DNA from: a virus | Virus record (IMG/VR): IMGVR_UViG_3300029786_000322 | Reading direction: 5' to 3' (one strand) | Length of the DNA: 64,000 bases | Part shown: positions 17,552-25,497 of the stretch, one piece after another | Layout of the letters: every line of letters begins with the position of its first letter | Numbering within the stretch: position 1 is the stretch's first letter | Notes under the pieces: model-generated | Seen by the model: the letters and a program-made list of their open reading frames with translations, nothing else | Database searches by the model: none | Told to the model about the DNA's origin: nothing | Translations under genes and position numbers: made by a program

Positions 17552-17576
17552 GTTTTGCTCCTTTCAAAATACTTTC

Positions 17577-17598
17577 GTTTACACTTTCAATATGAAAT
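17577..17598 (-). promoter_or_regulatory. conserved minus-strand upstream motif, copy 2
   Basis: GTTTACACTTTCAATATGAAAT. Confidence 0.45.
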
Positions 17599-17628
17599 GA
17601 AAATATTTCAAAACATTTCCAAAAACTT

Positions 17629-17655
17629 TTGACGATTTTTTAAATGGCGCAATAT
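17629..17655 (+). promoter_or_regulatory. conserved promoter-like element copy 6
   Basis: TTGACG-N11-GGCGCAATATGTATCATG. Confidence 0.65.
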
Positions 17656-17662
17656 GTATCAT

Positions 17663-17805
17663 GTAAAGGTCATAAACCGAGCTGCCAGGGTTATCGGCTG
17701 GCAGAAATCTTTTCGATATTTGTTTACACTCCGGGGAAACCCGGAAGGGGTAGTGAGGACGCAGCGTGTGCTGTTTCCGGGTTCGATTCCCGGGTATCCC
17801 TTTTG
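17663..17805 (+). ncRNA. structured leader RNA, copy 3
   Basis: Same architecture as copies 1 and 2. CCGGGUUCGAUUCCCGG T-loop-like hairpin plus U-tract. Closing stem AAGGGGUA/UAUCCCUUUU. Confidence 0.55.
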
Positions 17806-18020
17806 ACTGCCACATACGGTCTTCTCAAAATTCAGCCGTCTGCGGCCTGTGGAACTTTCCACTGGACCAAAATAACGATAACCGCCAGAATAACAGCAGC
17901 GTGCGTTGGCGTGAGAACTATCGGCGCACAGGGATTACTCCTTTCATATTTATCTATCAAACCTTTCCGTACATCGTATGGAAAGGTTATGGGACAGCAG
18001 GTGCATAGACATGAACTATT

Positions 18021-18050
18021 CCGGGATCGTTTCCCGGATGTTCCATTTTT
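18021..18050 (+). terminator. attenuator-like hairpin plus T-run in the long 5' UTR of the 18083 gene
   Basis: CCGGGATCGTTTCCCGG followed by ATGTTCCATTTTT. Confidence 0.4.
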
Positions 18051-18082
18051 AAAACATTAAAACAAATCATAGGAGGGAATTG

Positions 18083-18808
18083 ATGATGGAGAAAGAAGTA
18101 GTATATGTTGCAGAACTGGATTCCGATGTTGATGATGTCGTTGCGGCACATTACTTATTTAACGAGGGTGTGTTAAAGTGTGTAGTATGCGATCCATATC
18201 CAAGAACACCGGAGGGGTTGGCACGAAAGGGAAAGCTGGAAGCGCTTGGCATCGATGTGGTTAAGAAAATGCCACCGGTTGCAAAATATGTGTTTGTTGG
18301 CGGCGCTCTTACGGCTGTTGCTGGCTATATCCGGATGCACCATGTCGACTGGCTGGTAATGAACGGAGGCTTTGTTGGAGCAAATATTGCGACCTTTGAA
18401 CTGGATAAGTTCAAGGGGAAGAACACTGTCCGTACCTTCAATTTCAACTGCGATGTTGTGGCTGCAGATACGGTTTTGAAAACTGATGAGAAGCATATTT
18501 CTCATATTGTTCTTGTCGGAAAAAACGTCTGCCATGACGTCCGAAATACGAAAAATGGTCTCTGGAGTGGCGAGAAATACAAGAAATTGTTCGATGAGTA
18601 CCGGGTTAAGGATGAGAAGCGTCAACACGACTTGCTTGCCTGCCATGAGGGGCTTGCATTTCTGCGGGGAACCAATGCGATCTGTGAGTATGAGATGGTA
18701 AGACCATACAACACAGGCTTGAATGGCAAGCTGACGCAGTGGGGTAGCACAAAAACCATGGAAACACCATATCGCGAAGTGCTTGCTGCTGTTGGCTACC
18801 AGAATTAA
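18083..18808 (+). CDS. hypothetical protein, about 241 aa
   Basis: GGAGGG RBS. ATG at 18083; the track gives a TTG at 18080. Confidence 0.6.
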   Translation: MMEKEVVYVAELDSDVDDVVAAHYLFNEGVLKCVVCDPYPRTPEGLARKGKLEALGIDVVKKMPPVAKYVFVGGALTAVAGYIRMHHVDWLVMNGGFVGANIATFELDKFKGKNTVRTFNFNCDVVAADTVLKTDEKHISHIVLVGKNVCHDVRNTKNGLWSGEKYKKLFDEYRVKDEKRQHDLLACHEGLAFLRGTNAICEYEMVRPYNTGLNGKLTQWGSTKTMETPYREVLAAVGYQN

Positions 18809-18810
18809 AA

Positions 18811-18915
18811 GCTGCATCATGTGCGGGGGTGTATGGATTGAAATGTCGGAGTATGGTGTAAGAATCATATATATTCCTACGTTGTGCTCCTCCCGGTTGG
18901 TGCACGGGTTGAAAT
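18811..18915 (+). CRISPR. mini CRISPR array C: 2 repeats, 1 spacer
   Basis: GCTGCATCATGTGCGGGGGTGTATGGATTGAAAT, a 35-nt spacer, then GTTGTGCTCCTCCCGGTTGGTGCACGGGTTGAAAT. Starts 2 nt after the upstream stop codon. Confidence 0.55.
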
Positions 18916-19613
18916 ATAGTTCTAAAAATGGTTGGAAGACCTGTTTTTTGGTTACACCCATTGTCAGCTGTAAACCACAGTTAAGGCTTTCGGATGCGGT
19001 TAAAGTTTAAAAAGGCAACACCGCCAGATGGCTGTTCCTTTCGCGCCCTGAGATCAAGAAATCATTATGGGGCGGGCACTTACCAAATGAACTTGAAAGA
19101 AAGATCTACGTGGAATCCATGATCCACAGGACAAAGGATAATCCCATTGTCCTTTATGACTTTGATGACAGGTTTTACCAGTGCATGTACATGCTCCACT
19201 ATGCGTGAAGATGGCACAGTCGCTGAAAGACGGTTCTTAAAACTCCCGGCAGAATACGACTCTCTGCAACATAAGATCGATCATATCAAACGTGCACGGC
19301 ACCATGGTTCCAGACGTGTTTCAAACCTCTGGGCATATGCAGACGACGTCAATAAAGACATTGTTGTAAAAACAGCCCAGTTTGTTACGGATACTGCCGT
19401 GCTGCATGTTAACAGCATGCAGTTGCGGTGTTATCACTGTGTCCTCAGTCAGCGAGTCCATACGGGAAAACAGGTATGGAAGCACGCGAATTTAGTCATG
19501 TGAGACTTCACGGCCGGCCGCCGAAAGGACGTACACTACAAAAGCCTTTTGCACCTGACTTTTCTGTGGTATACTGAAAATATAAAAGATATTTCAAGGA
19601 GAAGGCAGAGAAA

Positions 19614-20486
19614 ATGAGAAAAAGTGTGAAAGATTTTGGAAATTTTGTAAGAAAAGACAATTACCCGGAGCTTCCAGAAGAATTGAAAGAATTTAACTAT
19701 TTTTTGAGTGATGGCGAGACGGGACATGTGATCATGGCTGTGCCTGAGCACACTTTGAATAAAGCAGAAGAAAATGTGGATGAACTGGATGATTACGAAT
19801 GTCCAGTTCCAGTGGCATATGTTCTTAAGAATGGCTATCGGCTGTATAAGAACCATGTAATATGCCAGGTTCCGTACGATGAGAAACTGGGGGTGCGTAT
19901 TCCGGAAGAATATTACGAACCGTCGATTATTTCTACAGATGCCGGGGAAGCAGAGAATCCGGTGTCCGGAGAGTTCCCTTATGAGAAAAGGAAATGCTAT
20001 CCAGAATTTGCAAACCATGCAGAAGCTGTAGTTGCGGATATCGTTAAGGATTACGTGCAGATCCGCGTATTTTTTAAAAATCCTACAGAAAACGAGATTG
20101 CACAGTTTTCTCCGGATGCCAGACTGAAAATTCGTTTTACGGAGATGGATGGAACCTGTCTGTTTACCGTTAAAGCTGGTGATTTGTCATGGATGGATGC
20201 ACCATACCATGCAAAACTTGCAAAAGATTTGTCTGGATTCGACTTTACAGGTGAAAGTGAGATTCCGTTATATCTCCTCCTGATCGACTCATCGAATGGT
20301 GAGGTCAAAGCGGTTCGAAATGTCCAGTTGTCAGAAGAGTTTTCCAGCAAATTGAGAAATCTGGTGGATCGTCAGGTCAACTCTGATTTTGATAAAAAGA
20401 AATATGCGGATATATTGTCCAACATTTATCTCCTTTTTTCATCGGATGAGCTGGCGGATGCCAGCACCATTAAGTGTCAGTGGTAG
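19614..20486 (+). CDS. hypothetical protein, 290 aa
   Basis: RBS GGAGAAGGCAGAGAAAATG. Confidence 0.65.
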   Translation: MRKSVKDFGNFVRKDNYPELPEELKEFNYFLSDGETGHVIMAVPEHTLNKAEENVDELDDYECPVPVAYVLKNGYRLYKNHVICQVPYDEKLGVRIPEEYYEPSIISTDAGEAENPVSGEFPYEKRKCYPEFANHAEAVVADIVKDYVQIRVFFKNPTENEIAQFSPDARLKIRFTEMDGTCLFTVKAGDLSWMDAPYHAKLAKDLSGFDFTGESEIPLYLLLIDSSNGEVKAVRNVQLSEEFSSKLRNLVDRQVNSDFDKKKYADILSNIYLLFSSDELADASTIKCQW

Positions 20487-20506
20487 GTAAGAAGATATAC
20501 TTTACT

Positions 20507-20724
20507 GTTGCGCCCCATTGGGTGCATGGGTTGAAATCTTTATGACCTTCTGAAAAGTGAGGGCATCTTAGTTGCACCCCCGCAAGGGATGTATGGGTTG
20601 AAATTCAATAGAAACAGATGCATTCGAAGGCGTTACAAGTTGCACCCCGCGAGGGGTGTATGGGTTGAAATTGCAGAAAGCTCAGGATTGGAAGGTTGCA
20701 TCCTATGGGATGCATGGATTGAAA
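20507..20724 (+). CRISPR. mini CRISPR array D: 4 repeats, 3 spacers
   Basis: Repeats at 20507-20537, 20571-20604, 20639-20671 and 20695-20724 with divergent stems. Spacer 2 (20605-20637) is near-identical to spacer 2 of array A. Starts 20 nt after the upstream stop. Confidence 0.7.
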
Positions 20725-20764
20725 CGAACATATTTGTTATTATTTATTATTGAGATCAGAAAGG

Positions 20765-20800
20765 TCTGCAGTCAGTTAATCTGGCTGCAGATTTTTTTTG
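20765..20800 (+). terminator. rho-independent terminator
   Basis: TCTGCAGTCAG-ttaat-CTGGCTGCAGA followed by T8. Confidence 0.7.
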
Positions 20801-20828
20801 CAATTTTTTAAAAATTTTCCAAAATCTT

Positions 20829-20855
20829 TTGACGATTTTTTAAAAGGCGCAATAT
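20829..20855 (+). promoter_or_regulatory. conserved promoter-like element copy 7
   Basis: TTGACG-N11-GGCGCAATAT. Its flank CCAAAATCTTTTGAC matches spacer 3 of the main array. Confidence 0.6.
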
Positions 20856-20863
20856 ACATATTG

Positions 20864-21085
20864 AAGGGATAAACAGGGGCTTACCGTTTGTTTCTTCAAT
20901 AAGAGTTTTTCTCTTATATGCCTCCTTAAGTTTCCTGCGCTGCATTTACAGCATTTTGGCAGCGCAGGGGGAATCCACAGGACTGCATTTGACGTTGTGT
21001 GGCGGCCTGCTCATCCGGTTCAACCCCGGAGGATTCCCTTACCGCTTATTTTTGCGGAGACAAAAATTTTAAAAAATATTCAAAA
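20864..21085 (+). ncRNA. candidate small structured RNA between promoter copies 7 and 8
   Basis: No ORF with an RBS. Several strong hairpins, including CCTGCGCTGC...GCAGCGCAGG, GGGAATCC...GGATTCCC and CCGC-ttattttt-GCGG. Confidence 0.35.
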
Positions 21086-21090
21086 ATTCT

Positions 21091-21117
21091 TTGACGATTT
21101 TTTAAAAGGCGCAATAT
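21091..21117 (+). promoter_or_regulatory. conserved promoter-like element copy 8 (cas operon promoter)
   Basis: TTGACG-N11-GGCGCAATAT, 95 nt upstream of cas5. Confidence 0.65.
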
Positions 21118-21170
21118 GTGTATTGAAGGAATAAACAGGGGCTTGCCGCTGTTGATTACCAGAGTTAAAA

Positions 21171-21200
21171 GTTGTGCCCCTATGGGGTGCATGGGTAATA
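21171..21200 (+). CRISPR. solitary degenerate CRISPR repeat in the cas5 5' UTR
   Basis: GTTGTGCCCCTATGGGGTGCATGGGTAATA has the repeat 5' end and hairpin but a degenerate 3' handle. Confidence 0.35.
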
Positions 21201-21210
21201 AGAGAAAGGA

Positions 21211-21885
21211 ATGGAAAAAGAAAAAATGGGAGTGAAACTAAAAGTCTGGGGAGATTACGCATTGTTCACCAGACCAGAACTGAAAACTGAACGGTATACA
21301 TACGATGTGATGACACCGTCGGCGGCTAGAGGAATTCTGGAATCTATCTACTGGCATCCGGGACTTCGGTGGTATGTAGACAAGATTCATGTATTAAATC
21401 CGATTGCCACTACGAGCGTGAGAAGAAATGAACTTCTCAGTAAGATACCAAAGTCAAATATGCTGCAGGCATACAACGGCGGGGATGTGAAACTGTATAA
21501 CTCGTCAAGAGACGATATTATCCAGAGGGCATCTGTTATTCTCCGGGATGTCTGCTATGTGATTGAGGCGCATTTTGAAATGACAGGGAAAGCGAGCCCA
21601 ACAGACAGCCCGGCAAAGTTTATAAGTATCTTTAACAACAGGGCAAGAAAAGGGGCATGTTATTCGATGCCGTATTTTGGTGTAAGGGAATTCCCGGCAC
21701 ACTTTGAACTCTGCGAAGGAGATGAAAAGATCCCATCCTACTATGAAGGACTTCCGGATAAAGATCTCGGGCTGATGCTTTATGATCTGGATTACTCCTG
21801 CGGTAGAGATATCCAGCCAATGTATTATCATGCGATTATGAAAAACGGCGTTATTGACGTTGGGAACAGTGAGGTGCTTCGATGA
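21211..21885 (+). CDS. cas5: Cas5 (type I-C Cas5d, crRNA-processing subunit)
   Basis: N-terminal LKVWGDYALFTRPE...SAARGILESIYWHPG is the Cas5d signature. The stop overlaps the cas8c start (ATGA). Confidence 0.9.
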   Translation: MEKEKMGVKLKVWGDYALFTRPELKTERYTYDVMTPSAARGILESIYWHPGLRWYVDKIHVLNPIATTSVRRNELLSKIPKSNMLQAYNGGDVKLYNSSRDDIIQRASVILRDVCYVIEAHFEMTGKASPTDSPAKFISIFNNRARKGACYSMPYFGVREFPAHFELCEGDEKIPSYYEGLPDKDLGLMLYDLDYSCGRDIQPMYYHAIMKNGVIDVGNSEVLR

Positions 21886-23621
21886 TCCTTCAGTCACTTG
21901 TGAAATTATATGAAACACTTGCGGATCAGGGAAAAGTGTCCCGTCCTGGCTGGTGTAATGCAAAGGTATCCTATGCGGTGGTTTTAAACCATGATGGGAC
22001 GATTAAAGATATTGTTTCCGTGAAACAGAAAGTGAAGAGAGGAAAGAAGACTGTTGAAATTCCAATAATTATGCAGGTTCCAGAGATGGTCACCCGCGCT
22101 AACAACATTGCCTCCAGCTTTCTCTGCGAAAATGCAAAGTATCTCTTTGGGATTGACGAAAAGATGAGTTTGCGTACACTGGAATGTTTTAAGGCGGCAA
22201 AGAAAAAACATCTTGATATTCTTGATGTTGTGGATTCACCTGTAGCACAGACGGTATGTAACTTTTTCCGTTCATGGGATCCGGAACAGGCGTTGGATCA
22301 ACCGGCTGTTGCAAAACTTGCAGAAGAGTTTTATAAAGGCGGAAACCTCGTTTTTGAAGTAGATGGGGAATATGTGCATGATAATGAAGAAGTCCGCAGG
22401 GCATGGATGGATTACAGCAGTGTACCATATGAAATGGTAACTGGAAGATGCCTTATTACTGGAGAGGAAGCGGAGATTGCCCGCACGCACGGGAAAATCA
22501 AAGGAGTTCCGGGAGCACAGTCATCTGGCGCGTCGCTTGTATCATTTAACGGAGCATCCCTTGAGTCTTATGAAAAAACACAGAGCTACAACGCGCCGAT
22601 TAGCACCTATGCGGCGTATGCATATGTGACCGCGCTGAATTACTTGCTTTCTACGGACGGGTATCACAGCAAGGTAGGAGATTCCATGGTGGTTTTCTGG
22701 ACAGATTCCGGGGATGTGGATGATGTGAGCAGACTGCGGAAGATGATGGGAAGCATCAATGAAAAGGATCACACCCCTACAGATACGGATGAAAAACTGT
22801 ACGTCCTCTGCCTTGCACCAAATGCCGGGCGAATTGCAGTCCGGTTCTTCTATGAGGATGCGATCGGGGTAATCTGGGAAAACCTGTCCGAACATGCCAG
22901 TCGGATGAAGATTGTAAAACCAGTATTTGAGGATCAAGAATTTATCAATATCTGGCAGATGCTCATGGAGACAGTCAACCAGAATCTTACAGATAAAACA
23001 CCTGTCCCGCATATGTCAGCAATGACGTTACAGTCAGTCATTTCGGATACACCGTATCCGCAGAGTCTGTATGCAGGTGTGTTATCTCGTATCCGCGCGG
23101 AGCACAAAGGTGTTACTTACAGAAAAGCATCGATTATTAAAGCTTTTTTAATAAAGAACTACAAATGGGAGGAAGGAAAAAATATGGAAGCATTAAATGA
23201 AGGCTGTAAGGATCGGGCATATATCCTTGGAAGACTGTTTGCGGTTATGGAAAAGGCACAGAAAGAAGCAGTTGGCAATATCAACCAGACAATTTGTGAT
23301 AAGTTTTACAATTCCGCGTGCACAACACCAAGATCGATCTTTCCAGTACTGATCAGGCTATCTAACAGTCATTTAAGTAAGTTGAAACGGACAAAACCGG
23401 GGAGAGGATATTATTTTACAGCTAAAATGCAGGATTTAATGGATAAAATTCCGGTAACAGATGATGATCCGGGATTCCCGCGGCGTTTCTCATATGAGGA
23501 TCAGGGTAAGTTTGCACTTGGTTATTATCATCAGATGCGGGCGGAATATACAAGCAGTAAGTTAAAAGATAATGATTCAGAAGGTGATCAGACAAATGCA
23601 GAGAATATGGAGGAAAACTAA
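21882..23621 (+). CDS. cas8c: Cas8c (Csd1), type I-C large subunit
   Basis: 579 aa. Its position between cas5 and cas7 and its size fit Csd1. N-terminal MILQSLVKLYETL. Confidence 0.85.
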   Translation: MILQSLVKLYETLADQGKVSRPGWCNAKVSYAVVLNHDGTIKDIVSVKQKVKRGKKTVEIPIIMQVPEMVTRANNIASSFLCENAKYLFGIDEKMSLRTLECFKAAKKKHLDILDVVDSPVAQTVCNFFRSWDPEQALDQPAVAKLAEEFYKGGNLVFEVDGEYVHDNEEVRRAWMDYSSVPYEMVTGRCLITGEEAEIARTHGKIKGVPGAQSSGASLVSFNGASLESYEKTQSYNAPISTYAAYAYVTALNYLLSTDGYHSKVGDSMVVFWTDSGDVDDVSRLRKMMGSINEKDHTPTDTDEKLYVLCLAPNAGRIAVRFFYEDAIGVIWENLSEHASRMKIVKPVFEDQEFINIWQMLMETVNQNLTDKTPVPHMSAMTLQSVISDTPYPQSLYAGVLSRIRAEHKGVTYRKASIIKAFLIKNYKWEEGKNMEALNEGCKDRAYILGRLFAVMEKAQKEAVGNINQTICDKFYNSACTTPRSIFPVLIRLSNSHLSKLKRTKPGRGYYFTAKMQDLMDKIPVTDDDPGFPRRFSYEDQGKFALGYYHQMRAEYTSSKLKDNDSEGDQTNAENMEEN

Positions 23622-23622
23622 G

Positions 23623-24534
23623 ATGAGCACACCAATTAAGAACAGATATGATTTCGTAGTATTATTCGACGTAGAGAATGGAAATCCGAACGGTGATCCG
23701 GATGCCGGAAATATGCCGAGAGTTGATCCAGAGACTGGCATCGGGCTTGTGACAGATGCCTGCATAAAGCGCAAGATCCGTAATTATGTGGAAACTGTAA
23801 AAGAAGATGCAGCCGGGTTCAAGATCTATATTAAAGAGGGGGTCCCGCTGAACCGGAGTGACCTTAAGGCAGTCGAAAGTCTTGGTATTGACGTCGGTGA
23901 CGACAAAAATGCACTTGAAGATGTAAAGAAGCTGAAAAAGACAGATGAAGATGTGGATCTTAAGCTCCGTGACTATATGTGTAGTAATTTCTATGATATC
24001 CGTACATTTGGTGCTGTCTTGACTACCTTTACAAAGGCGGCATTAAACTGTGGGCAGGTACGTGGCCCGGTACAGATTGGTTTTGCAAAAAGTATTGATC
24101 CTGTTTTCAGCCAGGATATTACTGTAACCAGAGTTGCAATCACAACGGAAAAGGATGCGGAAAAGAAAAATACAGAAATGGGAAGAAAGAGTATTATTCC
24201 TTATGGACTTTACCGTGTGGAGGGATATATTTCTGCTAATCTTGCCCGTAAGACCACCGGCTTTTCTGAAGACGATCTGGAACTGCTTTGGGAAGCAATC
24301 ATTAACATGTTTGAGAATGACCATTCCGCAGCACGCGGGAAGATGGCAGTGCGTGAGCTCATCGTATTCAAGCATAACAGCGAGCTTGGCAATTGTCCAT
24401 CGTACAAACTGTTTGAAACTGTTGATGTTAAGAAGAATGATGGTGTTGAGTTTCCTCGTAAATATTCCGATTATGCAGTGACTATTCATGAGGATGCGAT
24501 TCCGGATGGCGTGACAATGACTCGCAAAATCTAA
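23623..24534 (+). CDS. cas7: Cas7 (Csd2), type I-C backbone subunit
   Basis: Start at MSTPIKNRYDF with a GGAGGA RBS. DVENGNPNGDPDAGNMPR is the Csd2 signature. Confidence 0.9.
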   Translation: MSTPIKNRYDFVVLFDVENGNPNGDPDAGNMPRVDPETGIGLVTDACIKRKIRNYVETVKEDAAGFKIYIKEGVPLNRSDLKAVESLGIDVGDDKNALEDVKKLKKTDEDVDLKLRDYMCSNFYDIRTFGAVLTTFTKAALNCGQVRGPVQIGFAKSIDPVFSQDITVTRVAITTEKDAEKKNTEMGRKSIIPYGLYRVEGYISANLARKTTGFSEDDLELLWEAIINMFENDHSAARGKMAVRELIVFKHNSELGNCPSYKLFETVDVKKNDGVEFPRKYSDYAVTIHEDAIPDGVTMTRKI

Positions 24535-24784
24535 AAAGATTTCCAGAGATTACAAGGCAACCCGCGTTTTGCGGGCTGCATCTGCTTGGGTTATGCCGAA
24601 ATGTAGAATTCCGGTGCGAACTGAAAGCTTACATAGCTTCTCTGGGAGACTCGCACCGGAAATGGAGGTATTAGTGTACAAAAAGAACACAAAACCCAAC
24701 TGTATAAGGCCGTTTGAGAACAATTAATTAGAGGAATTGTTTATATTTTGGCGATCGGGAGAGTTGTTTCTGTTCACTTTTACA

Positions 24785-25482
24785 GCTACGCCCCATGGAG
24801 GGGCGTATGGATTGAAAATGATTGTTATTGTTTTTTATTCATGGAGAGGAAAGCTACGCCCCATGGAGGGGCGTATGGATTGAAAAGTAAGGTTTCGTCT
24901 CGAAGCCTTTATTCTGTTTTGCTACGCCCCATGGAGGGGCGTATGGATTGAAATACCAAAATCTTTTGACATTCTTATAAATGGTAACAGCTACGTCTTA
25001 TGGGGTACGTATGGATTGAAATCATAATAATTGTAGAGATCTCAATACAAAATAAAGCTGCGTCTCATGGAATACGTATGGATTGAAATGAAAAGGCGAG
25101 TTTGCGAAAGCAGATATTGGAATGTTGCGTCTCGTGGAGTACGTATGGATTGAAATTCCAACTTTAACTACATAACTATCCTGATAAACTTGCTGCACCC
25201 CATGGAGAGTGTATGGATTGAAATTTAAAAAATCATGGATAACATCTGCGATAAGACGTTGCACCTCGCTAGGGGTGTATGGGTTGAAATTTCCATAATC
25301 GGTAGCCAATTATTATCATTAGGTGTTGCACCCCATAGAGGGTGTATGGATTGAAATTATATAAAAATGATGAATATGTAAAAAAAATAAAAGAGTTACG
25401 CTCCATGGAGTGCGTATGGCTTGAAACCTCTTATTTTTTTAAAGATATCACAATTACGCCCAAAGTGGGCTTACGTAAATTT
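24785..25482 (+). CRISPR. main CRISPR array: 10 repeats of 33 nt plus a degenerate terminal repeat, spacers of 33-37 nt
   Basis: Repeats at 24785, 24853, 24921, 24990, 25057, 25124, 25192, 25258, 25325 and 25395. A degenerate eleventh sits at 25454-25482. The first three are identical (GCTACGCCCCATGGAGGGGCGTATGGATTGAAA). Later ones keep the GYTRC 5' end and TATGGATTGAAAT 3' handle but have different, internally complementary stems. Confidence 0.85.
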
Positions 25483-25497
25483 AAAGGAGAAAAGTAC

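Noticed and set aside
18173-18961. Long minus-strand ORF antisense to the 18083-18808 gene, and similar antisense ORFs (1286-1534, 12826-13359, 22542-23012, 24043-24489, 53049-53726, 57828-58427, 61175-61765)
   Set aside because: No RBS and fully embedded antisense in better-supported plus-strand genes (cas8c, cas7, tnpB and others). They are typical shadow ORFs.
19147-19503. ORF 19147-19503 and the surrounding 18920-19600 region
   Set aside because: No RBS, unusual composition, and short broken reading frames on both strands. It looks like a decayed gene remnant, not a live CDS.
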